This document shows positions 56,160-64,000 of a stretch of DNA of 64,000 nt, piece by piece (position 1 is the first letter of the stretch; every line of letters starts with the position of its first letter). The stretch spans positions 1,886 to 65,885 of the forward strand of contig UQXL01000004.1 of the NCBI GenBank assembly GCA_900545135.1, in the 5' to 3' direction. Source of the DNA: an uncultured Eubacteriales bacterium. Its GTDB lineage: Bacteria > Bacillota > Clostridia > Peptostreptococcales > Anaerovoracaceae. Under the pieces are notes generated by a model. The model ran no database searches. It saw only the letters and a program-made list of their open reading frames with translations, and was not told where the DNA came from. A program made the translations under genes and the position numbers.

Positions 56160-57638
56160 CTAGAGTATTATGCATATAAAATAATCTTTTCCCTCGTCGC
56201 TTATCTTCTGCAGCGATCTCTGGACTTTTCCCCTCAGCGAGTCGGGAACGTCGTTCACCTTGCTCTCCATCTGCTCCGTGACCATTTCTCTCAGGGACTT
56301 GCCGAAAAGATTGGTTTCCCATATATCTTCTCCGCCGCTTTCAAACTGCTCTCTCAGTGAGCGGGCTAAATCCTCCGACTGGCTTTCAGTTCCCACCACA
56401 GGAGACACTTCTGTTGAAATATCAGTCTTTATTATATGCAGGCACGGTGCTTTGGCTTTCATCCTCACGCCATATTTATTTCCTTGCTTGAAGACCTCAG
56501 GCTTTTCTAAAATCATCTCGGAAAGCTTAGGCGCGACGATGCCGTAATCGGAAGTGTCGACTTGCTCAAGAGCGCCCTTTATATTGTCATAGGCAGCTTT
56601 CGCCTTTGAATATTCTTTGAGAAGAATGAAAAGCTCCCTGTCGTTTTCCACGGTGGCGTTCATCAGCTCTTCTATCACTTTGTAATAAAGTGCCGCGTCC
56701 AGACGTGGTTCCAAAACTACGAGGCCGCAGGACATATCGGCACGCACTACTTTCACGTCTTTGATGATCTTTCCGTCGGCAATCATCGAGCAGCTCTCGA
56801 CCACCTGTCCTATGGTCTCGAATTCTCCCATCCATTCTTTAACTCTGTCTATAATAGTGGCTTTTATCCAGTGGTCGTCGGAAATAGCGTCCAGATAACC
56901 CGGCAGCTTAAACTGGATTTCGCAGGCAGGAAACTGATTTATCAGTTTGTCAAACATATCCTCGAAGTTTTCTTCAGTCATACGCTGACAGTTCATGAGC
57001 AAAACAGGTATGCCATAATGCTCCTCCATCTGTCTGGCTGTTTCGCGGCTTTTGGGGCTCTGCGGCGTAGCTGAATTGAGCACTATCACAAACGGCTTGT
57101 GCAGAGCTTTAAGCTGAGCTACAGTCTTTTCCTCCGCCTCGGCAAAATTACTTCTCGGAAGCTCGCCGAAGCTGCCGTCGGTGGTCACTACGACTCCGAT
57201 GACGGAATGTTCCGTGATTACTTTTTCCGTTCCTATCTCAGCCGCCTGACTGAAGGGCAGCTGTTCATCCGACCATGGCGTGTTTACCATCCTTTCTTTC
57301 CCGTCTTCTTTATCTCCCAGCACTCCGGGCACCATATATCCTACGCAGTCGACCAGCCTTACGTTAAAGCTCGCTCCGCTCTTCGTATTGATCTGAACTG
57401 CTTCCGGAGGAATAAATTTTGGCTCTGTCGTAGTTATGGTCTTTCCCTCTCCGCTCTGCGGCAATTCGTCCATTATCCTGGTTTTTTCGTATGGATTGGC
57501 CATATTGGGAAATACGAGGATATCCATAAATCTTTTTATAAAGCTTGACTTGCCTGTCCTCACCGGTCCGACAACGCCTATATAGATGTCGCCTCCCGCT
57601 CTGGTTCCAATATCCCGATAGATATCTGTATTTATCAT
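56160..57638 (-). CDS. spoIVA: Stage IV sporulation protein A (spore-coat morphogenetic ATPase)
   Basis: MINTDIYRDIGTRAGGDIYIGVVGPVRTGKSSFIKRFMD matches the SpoIVA N-terminus. A ggagggg RBS precedes the ATG at 57638. Confidence 0.9.
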   Translation of the reverse strand: MINTDIYRDIGTRAGGDIYIGVVGPVRTGKSSFIKRFMDILVFPNMANPYEKTRIMDELPQSGEGKTITTTEPKFIPPEAVQINTKSGASFNVRLVDCVGYMVPGVLGDKEDGKERMVNTPWSDEQLPFSQAAEIGTEKVITEHSVIGVVVTTDGSFGELPRSNFAEAEEKTVAQLKALHKPFVIVLNSATPQSPKSRETARQMEEHYGIPVLLMNCQRMTEENFEDMFDKLINQFPACEIQFKLPGYLDAISDDHWIKATIIDRVKEWMGEFETIGQVVESCSMIADGKIIKDVKVVRADMSCGLVVLEPRLDAALYYKVIEELMNATVENDRELFILLKEYSKAKAAYDNIKGALEQVDTSDYGIVAPKLSEMILEKPEVFKQGNKYGVRMKAKAPCLHIIKTDISTEVSPVVGTESQSEDLARSLREQFESGGEDIWETNLFGKSLREMVTEQMESKVNDVPDSLRGKVQRSLQKISDEGKDYFICIIL

Positions 57639-57896
57639 ATAATCCCCTCCGCATATTTTTACTGCTATACAAAATATATTAGTCTGAAAAGCGATTATGC
57701 AGAGTTTCAGCAAAATTTCTCTGCTGTTTACTGGGAAACCTCCCTTGGTTCTATGAAAGCCTGTGCGACACGAGGTGGTTACTGCATCAACAAAGTGTGC
57801 CGGAAATGCGTCGAAGGATACAAACGTTGGCGAAAATCAGTCTATTACAGGCAATACGCTCAGCCAGATGCCCGACTCCCGAGCAAGTCTGGCATG

Positions 57897-57950
57897 CACA
57901 AAAAAACACTGAGCACAGCATGCGGCCGTCCCCCAGTGTTCTCAGTGTTT
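57897..57950. terminator. Bidirectional intrinsic terminator (9-bp stem aacactgag/ctcagtgtt with A-run and T-run flanks)
   Basis: aaaaaacactgag...ctcagtgtttt. Confidence 0.6.
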
Positions 57951-57959
57951 TCACTTTCC

Positions 57960-58499
57960 TCAGTTATTCATCTGCCTCTCTATATTTGAAAGCAGTCTCA
58001 TCAGCTCGTCGAGCTCTTCTTTGGACAGATCGTCTTTATTGATGAGCAAGACCGACTCATCCTTTTTTCTCGCGTAGACGTAATTTCCCTTAAAGCCGTA
58101 TTCGCTGAAAGCATTCCAATACAGCTTTCCCGAGCTCATTTCAGAAATCAACTGTATTCCGTCCTCGTCGATGATGTATTCCCTCATTCCGCTGGTAAGA
58201 GAGCTGTCAAGGCGTTTTTGCATTTTCTCAAGCTGCTTTTTCTGAATAGGCTTTGCTCTGAACGACATCACTATGAACAAGATTCCCGCCAGCATCAGCA
58301 CGATGTCTGAAACTTCGACGACTCCGTCTGACATATCCAAAAATAATTTTGCTGCGCCTATGGCGATGAAGAGCAGCCCGAATACGATAAAATAAATAAA
58401 AACTTTTTTTCGTCTGCGGGTGCTTTCCTTAGTCTCCATAGCCAAATCTATTATAGTTTTGCGCGCTTCATCGTTCACTTCAAGTTTATATTTGAGCAT
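57960..58499 (-). CDS. Hypothetical membrane protein (YcxB-like)
   Basis: 179 aa with two central TM helices. Confidence 0.4.
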   Translation of the reverse strand: MLKYKLEVNDEARKTIIDLAMETKESTRRRKKVFIYFIVFGLLFIAIGAAKLFLDMSDGVVEVSDIVLMLAGILFIVMSFRAKPIQKKQLEKMQKRLDSSLTSGMREYIIDEDGIQLISEMSSGKLYWNAFSEYGFKGNYVYARKKDESVLLINKDDLSKEELDELMRLLSNIERQMNN

Positions 58500-58648
58500 T
58501 AGATGTTCTCTCTTTTCATATAATTTCTCCTGCAGAAAAAGTCGTCATGCGCGTGGGTTTAACGCGTCGGGCTTTCACAAGCGCGGGTTTAACGCGCCGG
58601 ACTGTCACAAGCGCGCCTGGTTCATGCCTCATTCTTTCTTAAAAGTCC

Positions 58649-60430
58649 CTACAGCCTGGCCAGATACTGCTGTTTCCTCCGCTCAAGCTCGGAATCGTAT
58701 TCTATATCTCCGCCCTGATGGAGCTCTCTCAGATATGCATGATGATTTCCCAGTATTCCACGGTCTTTTTCGCTGAGTATCAGCAGGGCCACGTTGGAGC
58801 ACTGGTCGGCGACTCTCTCGAGGTTCGTTATGATGTCCATGAAGACGATGCCTGCCGCCGTAGTGCAGCCGCCTTTTTTCAATCTTTCCACGTGCCTGTT
58901 CTTCAGGGTCAGCACCATATCGTCTATGACTTCCTCCAAAGGCTCTATCCTGCGCGCTTCGTCAACGTCGAGAGTTTTGAAAGACTCCATAGTTATGTCG
59001 GCAATCTCAAATACTGCTTCTTCTATCAGGGCAAGCTCTTCCTTAGCTGTTTCCGAGAAATATATTTTGCCGGCAGAAATGGCCTGAGAAGCTTCCAGCA
59101 CGTTGATGGCATGGTCGCCGATCCTCTCGAAATTTGTAGAAGTCTGCATAAATGCGTTGATCCTCTGGTTATCAGCGTCCGTTTCCACGTTCTTTGAAAG
59201 GTTCACCAGGTAATTGTCCATAGTATCGGTAAAAAGGTCTATCTTATCTTCATTTTCATTTATCACGACGGCTCTTTCTTCGTCATACTTTTCCAGCAGC
59301 TTGCAGCTTCTCTTGAGGTTCTTGACCGCCGCGTAACCCATATTGGATATGGCTTTGTTGGCCTCGGAGATGGCAAGTTCAGGGACTCCGTAGAGTTTTT
59401 CGTCCGGAACCGGCAGGTCTGCCCTGTCTTCTTCCTCTTCCTTGTTCACCTTGATGATCTTCAGTGAAGCGTTCACCAGCTTGTCTGCGAAAGGAATCAG
59501 TGCAATTGCTGTAACCAAATTGAACAGTGTCTGGAAATTGGCTATGGAACCGCTGTTTACCGTGCTGCCCCAGAGTTCAGGGAAACCGCCTAAGCCTCTT
59601 ATAGCTTCCATCACGATCATGAACAGTATGGTTCCTATGGTGTTAAACAATATATGCACTATGCCTGTTCTCTTTGCGTCCTTGGAAGAGCCTATGGAGC
59701 ATATGAACAGAGTCACCACGCAGGTACCAAGGTTTATGCCCATTATCATAGGGTAGACCAGTTTGAATGTAAGGGTGCCAGTCACTGACAAAGCCTGCAG
59801 CATGCCCACCATTGCAGAGGAGCTCTGCACTATGACGGTGAGAACAAGCCCCACCAGTATGGCCAGTATGGGCTGATTGCTGAATTTGGCCATTATCTCC
59901 GCAAACTGAGGCGATTCGGAAAGGGGCGAAACGGCCGCCGTCATGCTCATGATGCCGGAAAACAGCACGCCAAAGCCCATGAAAATCTCGCCTTTAGTCT
60001 TGCTGTTGGGGCGCTTGATGAACATTATCAGGAGAATTCCCACGAACATGGAAAGAGGCGCCAGCGTCGACGGCTTGAAAAACTCAAGTATTATATTGCC
60101 CGATGAGTCGATGTCCATGAGGCGTATTATCTGAGCTGTCACCGTAGTGCCTATATTGGCTCCCATGACTATGCCCACCGCTTGTCTTAAATTGAGTATG
60201 CCGGCTGAAATCAGACCTACAGCCAGCACTATTGTGGCGGTCGAACTCTGTATCACCGCAGTTACAAGAGTTCCGGTTATCACTCCGAACACCACATTCT
60301 GAGTCGCTTTGCTCATCGCGCTTTTCAGAGCCGGACCGGAAGCATTCTTGAGTCCGTCTCCCATGACTTCCATTCCGTAAAGGAACATCGCCAGACCGCC
60401 TAAAAGGCTGATGACTGAGAAAATATTCAT
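58649..60430 (-). CDS. Na/Pi-cotransporter family protein with C-terminal PhoU-like domains
   Basis: 593 aa with duplicated Na_Pi_cotrans repeats (GANIGTT..) and PhoU-like helices. Confidence 0.85.
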   Translation of the reverse strand: MNIFSVISLLGGLAMFLYGMEVMGDGLKNASGPALKSAMSKATQNVVFGVITGTLVTAVIQSSTATIVLAVGLISAGILNLRQAVGIVMGANIGTTVTAQIIRLMDIDSSGNIILEFFKPSTLAPLSMFVGILLIMFIKRPNSKTKGEIFMGFGVLFSGIMSMTAAVSPLSESPQFAEIMAKFSNQPILAILVGLVLTVIVQSSSAMVGMLQALSVTGTLTFKLVYPMIMGINLGTCVVTLFICSIGSSKDAKRTGIVHILFNTIGTILFMIVMEAIRGLGGFPELWGSTVNSGSIANFQTLFNLVTAIALIPFADKLVNASLKIIKVNKEEEEDRADLPVPDEKLYGVPELAISEANKAISNMGYAAVKNLKRSCKLLEKYDEERAVVINENEDKIDLFTDTMDNYLVNLSKNVETDADNQRINAFMQTSTNFERIGDHAINVLEASQAISAGKIYFSETAKEELALIEEAVFEIADITMESFKTLDVDEARRIEPLEEVIDDMVLTLKNRHVERLKKGGCTTAAGIVFMDIITNLERVADQCSNVALLILSEKDRGILGNHHAYLRELHQGGDIEYDSELERRKQQYLARL

Positions 60431-60449
60431 CTTTAGTCCTTTCCCTCGA

Positions 60450-61844
60450 TTATCGAGAATCCGCCGTTCTGCCTGCCGGCTTTTTCTCCGGCCGCTCTTC
60501 TGCCAGCTCGCCTGTCAGGCTGAACGTATTTGCCCCCGTAATTTTCACAGCCGCTATTTGGCCTTCTATTCCTTCATACCCCTTGAAATTGACCAGCTTG
60601 AAACCGTCCGTTCTTCCCTCGTATATATCGCTTCTGCTTCTGCTCGGGCCGTCCACCAAAACATCCAGAGTCTTTCCTATGTACGCTTTGTTCTTTTCGG
60701 CAGACGACTGATTTATTATATCCACCAGACGGTTAAATCTCTCATGCTTGATATCCTCCGGAACCTGGTCCTCCCTCTTTGCAGCAGGAGTTCCCTGCCT
60801 TACGGAATAGAGAAAAGTAAACGCCGAGTCATATCCCACCTGACTGGCCAGCTGGAGAGTTTCTTCAAACTCGGATTCCGTTTCCCCCGGAAAGCCCACT
60901 ATGATGTCCGTGGAAATGGTTATCTCAGGCACGGCGTCTCTCAGCTTCCTGACGATTTCCAGGTAGGATTCCCGCGTATACTTTCTGTTCATTTCTCTCA
61001 GGACCTTGTCAGAGCCTGCCTGAACAGGAAGATGTATGTATTTGCAAAGCTTTTCGCAGTTTTTAAAAGCGTCTATCAGCTTGTCTGAGAGGTCCTTCGG
61101 ATGACTGGTCATGAACCTTATGCGCTCAAGACCCTCTATCTCCGCCAGCATGTATATCAAGTCAGTAAAATCGGCAGTTTTGCCACCTGAGCTGCAGCCT
61201 TTATATGAATTGACGTTCTGCCCAAGCAGCGTCACTTCCTTCACACCGTCAGCCGCTAAAGCACATATCTCTCTTACGATGTCCTCAGGCCGGCGGCTTC
61301 GTTCCCTGCCTCTGGTGTAAGGGACTATGCAGTAACTGCAGAAATTATTGCAGCCGTACATTATGTTCACGAAACTCTTATGTCTGAAAAGTCTCTCGGC
61401 AGGCAGGTCTTCGACCACGCCTTTCCCGTCCTCCCAGACTTCCATCTGCTTTTTCTTTTCCCTGTAAAGGTTGTCCAAAAGCTCAGGCAGCTTGTGCAGA
61501 TTGTGAGTTCCGTAGACCACGTCCACCCAGGGATATTTGACCTTGAGCTTGTCTATTATGTGCTGCTGCTGCATCATACAGCCGCATACGCATACCGTGA
61601 AAGATTCCTTTTCCTCGGCCTTTCTGCGCTTCAGCTGTCCAAGAGTGCCGAAGAACCGCTTGTCGGCGTTTTCCCTTATGCTGCATGTATTGAATATCAC
61701 TATATCGGCGCTGCTTCTGTCCTTTGCCTGCTCATATCCCTTTTCCAGGAGCAGGCCGGCCATTATTTCCGAATCGTGCTCGTTCATCTGACAGCCGAAA
61801 GTCGTGATATGAAAAGTCTTTTTTTCCGTCAAAACTGTCTCCAT
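60450..61844 (-). CDS. miaB: tRNA-i6A37 methylthiotransferase MiaB (radical SAM MTTase)
   Basis: The N-terminal MTTase domain (FGCQMNEHDSE), radical SAM CxxxCxxC (CNNFCSYC) and a TRAM domain. Confidence 0.8.
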   Translation of the reverse strand: METVLTEKKTFHITTFGCQMNEHDSEIMAGLLLEKGYEQAKDRSSADIVIFNTCSIRENADKRFFGTLGQLKRRKAEEKESFTVCVCGCMMQQQHIIDKLKVKYPWVDVVYGTHNLHKLPELLDNLYREKKKQMEVWEDGKGVVEDLPAERLFRHKSFVNIMYGCNNFCSYCIVPYTRGRERSRRPEDIVREICALAADGVKEVTLLGQNVNSYKGCSSGGKTADFTDLIYMLAEIEGLERIRFMTSHPKDLSDKLIDAFKNCEKLCKYIHLPVQAGSDKVLREMNRKYTRESYLEIVRKLRDAVPEITISTDIIVGFPGETESEFEETLQLASQVGYDSAFTFLYSVRQGTPAAKREDQVPEDIKHERFNRLVDIINQSSAEKNKAYIGKTLDVLVDGPSRSRSDIYEGRTDGFKLVNFKGYEGIEGQIAAVKITGANTFSLTGELAEERPEKKPAGRTADSR

Positions 61845-61852
61845 TCCAATGC

Positions 61853-62854
61853 TTAAATATGCATTTCGTTTTTCGTCTTTCTGCCCATCAGCATGTTCAC
61901 TGCTTCGAGGGCATCTATTTCTCCCTGTATCATCTTATATATGCAATCCGTTATCGGCATTTCGACATTGAGCCTGTCTGCCAGCTGGTGAGCCGCCTCC
62001 GCCGTGGAAATGCCCTCTACCACCATGCCGATTTCTCCTGCTGCCTGCTTCGGATCCTCTCCTTTTCCCATCAGAATACCGCAGCGGCGGTTTCTCGAAT
62101 GCATGCTGGTGCATGTCACGATGAGGTCTCCTATACCGGCAAGGCCGGAAAAAGTATTTATGTCAGCTCCAAGCGCAAGACCGAGCCTGCACATTTCCGT
62201 TATTCCCCTGGTCATTATGGCCGCCTTGGCGTTGTCTCCGAAGCCCATTCCATCGGAAATCCCGGCTCCTAGAGCTATTATGTTCTTCAGCGCCCCGCCA
62301 AGTTCCACGCCTGTGATGTCGTCGTTGGTATAGACTCTGAAACGGTCAGTATTGAAAATTTCCTGGACTTCTTCCGCAAGTCCCTCCTGCTTTGAAGCCA
62401 CGGTAACCGTCGTCGGCAGCTGCCTGGCCACCTCTTCGGCGTGAGACGGGCCTGAAAGGGCTGCATATTTCATATCCGGCGCGACTTGAGCGGCGATCTC
62501 CGAAAGCCTCATAAGCGTGCCCTTTTCTATGCCTTTAGCCACATTGACGGCTGCTGCGTCCGGCGCGATAAAAGGCTCGGCTGCCTCAAGAACAGAACGA
62601 AAGCTCTGCGCCGGTACGGAAAAGACTATGGTTTCCGCGCCGTCAAGGCATTTTTCCAAATCAGCCGTAAGCTTTAAATTTTCCGGCAGTTTCACTCCGG
62701 GCAGATAATGGGGATTTTCTCTCGTATCATCCATCAGGGCTATCTGGCTTTTCTTTCTTCCCCAGAGGGAAACGTCAAACCCTTTTCCTGCAAGCAGTAT
62801 CGCCAGGGCAGTTCCAAAGCTGCCCGCTCCTATAACAGTAATTTTTTTATTCAT
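61853..62854 (-). CDS. gpsA: NAD(P)H-dependent glycerol-3-phosphate dehydrogenase
   Basis: ITVIGAGSFGTALA... Confidence 0.9.
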   Translation of the reverse strand: MNKKITVIGAGSFGTALAILLAGKGFDVSLWGRKKSQIALMDDTRENPHYLPGVKLPENLKLTADLEKCLDGAETIVFSVPAQSFRSVLEAAEPFIAPDAAAVNVAKGIEKGTLMRLSEIAAQVAPDMKYAALSGPSHAEEVARQLPTTVTVASKQEGLAEEVQEIFNTDRFRVYTNDDITGVELGGALKNIIALGAGISDGMGFGDNAKAAIMTRGITEMCRLGLALGADINTFSGLAGIGDLIVTCTSMHSRNRRCGILMGKGEDPKQAAGEIGMVVEGISTAEAAHQLADRLNVEMPITDCIYKMIQGEIDALEAVNMLMGRKTKNEMHI

Positions 62855-62935
62855 ATATCTATATATCCACCTTTCATGCCGTAATTTTGCCGGCTAAAGC
62901 ATTTCCGCAAAATCACGGCCGTCAAGCCATTGCCT

Positions 62936-63514
62936 TTAAAACATCTTCGGCTCTTCGCCCTTGATAAGCCTCGCTATATTGGCTCTGTGCTTTATTATCA
63001 CGATCAGAGCCATCACCATACCTATATAAAGGAAATCTCTTTCCAAAAACCAGCAGGTTATGGGAAAGGAAACGGCTCCCAGCAGCGACCCCACCGACAT
63101 CCTGCGAGACACTGCAAGCCCGATGGCCACTATCAGCAACGTAATGACAGCCATCACCCAGTTGACAGCCAGCAGCGCACCGAAAGCAGTCGCCACGCCC
63201 TTGCCGCCCTTGAAGCTGTACACGCAGGGCCATATATGGCCGCAGAATACCGCCAGAGCGCAGAACATGCCTATGGTTTCGTTGCCGAAGCGAAGTCCCA
63301 GCCAGACGGCCAGCACGCCTTTTCCTATATCTATGATGAGAGTTATGACTGCGGCTTTCTTTCCCAGCACACGCAGTGCGTTGGTGGTTCCGGCGTTGCC
63401 GCTGCCTTCTTTCTTGATGTCTATTCCAAGCGCCTTGCCCAGCAGTATCGACGGTGATATATTTCCTATGAAATATGCAAGGGTGACCCATATGACAAAC
63501 TCTATGACGACCAT
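62936..63514 (-). CDS. plsY: Glycerol-3-phosphate acyltransferase PlsY
   Basis: GSGNAGTTNALR and 5 TM segments. Confidence 0.85.
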   Translation of the reverse strand: MVVIEFVIWVTLAYFIGNISPSILLGKALGIDIKKEGSGNAGTTNALRVLGKKAAVITLIIDIGKGVLAVWLGLRFGNETIGMFCALAVFCGHIWPCVYSFKGGKGVATAFGALLAVNWVMAVITLLIVAIGLAVSRRMSVGSLLGAVSFPITCWFLERDFLYIGMVMALIVIIKHRANIARLIKGEEPKMF

Positions 63515-63516
63515 AT

Positions 63517-64000
63517 CTATTCTCCTTTTTCGCCCTTTTCGCGGAAAACGAATTTCAGCGATGTTCCCTCAAAGCCAAAGCTTTCTCTTATCTTATTCTC
63601 CAGATACCTGGCATATGAGAAATGCATGAGCTCTCTCTTGTTTATCTGGAAACTGAAAAGCGGCGGTTTTACTCCCACCTGAGCCGCATAATATATCTTG
63701 AGGCGGCGGCCCTTGTCTGACGGAGGCTGCTTCATCATCACCGCGTCCATTATCAGACTGTTGAGCTGGCCTGTAGGAACTCTCATCGCTCTGATTTCAG
63801 CCACGTATTTAGCCATGTCTATGACTTGATCTATCCGCTGTTTTTCCGCCACGGAAATGAAGATTATAGGCGCGTAGGACATGAACTGAAGATCGGCTTC
63901 TATGCCGCGCTTAAAGTCTCTCATGGTGTTGGTCTCTTTGACTATGAGATCCCACTTGTTGACTGCGATCACTACTCCTTTTCCGGCCTCGTGAGCAACG
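63517..64000 (-). CDS. der: GTPase Der (EngA), C-terminal part; the 5' end lies beyond the window
   Basis: IAVNKWDL (G4 of the second GTPase domain) and a KH-like C-terminus. The frame is open to the window edge. Confidence 0.8.
   Translation of the reverse strand, partial: VAHEAGKGVVIAVNKWDLIVKETNTMRDFKRGIEADLQFMSYAPIIFISVAEKQRIDQVIDMAKYVAEIRAMRVPTGQLNSLIMDAVMMKQPPSDKGRRLKIYYAAQVGVKPPLFSFQINKRELMHFSYARYLENKIRESFGFEGTSLKFVFREKGEKGE

Overview
This window reads as chromosomal DNA from a spore-forming, anaerobic Firmicute (Clostridia-like). Supporting evidence is SpoIVA, an electron-bifurcating [FeFe]-hydrogenase HydABC, a sigma-54 gene directly upstream of gap-pgk-tpi, and a CIRCE element. Core content, mostly on the minus strand: two tandem DUF975 membrane-protein paralogs; a TPP riboswitch with thiT; a crotonase; hydCBA; a uracil permease; a membrane H+/Na+-pyrophosphatase; secG-tpi-pgk-gap-rpoN; trmL; hom; nth. 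There is a complete FMN-riboswitch-controlled ribD-ribE-ribBA-ribH operon with a co-transcribed HAD phosphatase. Also present are relQ, mntP, CIRCE-controlled clpB, murT-gatD, an ATP-grasp gene, cls, spoIVA, a Na/Pi cotransporter, miaB, gpsA-plsY and a partial der. Between about 22 kb and 43 kb lies an accessory, decaying region with several gene remnants and chimeras: a 43-aa LMW-PTP stub, a MetY-N-terminus::GIY-YIG fusion, a LysR gene with an in-frame TAG fused to a flavodoxin tail, an opuCB-like permease scrap between a PNPOx-ferredoxin gene and a 5'-truncated SIR2 gene, and a GNAT gene broken at an A8 tract. The same region holds tRNA-Thr(CGT) followed by a convergent tRNA-like T-arm fragment and a 24-aa hydrophobic peptide ORF, a translationally coupled minimal-nucleotidyltransferase plus ABC-type ATPase pair next to a CAT-like gene, and a SIR2 / COG1373 AAA+ ATPase / macro-domain (protein-ADP-ribose hydrolase) cluster. 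Two intergenic loci (about 1.44-2.40 kb and 53.9-54.7 kb) carry the same composite repeat architecture: arrays of an AT-rich AATGTTG(N)3AAT motif in both orientations, followed by tandem ~60-65-nt hairpin units whose stems show compensatory base changes. No CRISPR array, integrase or transposase was recognised.
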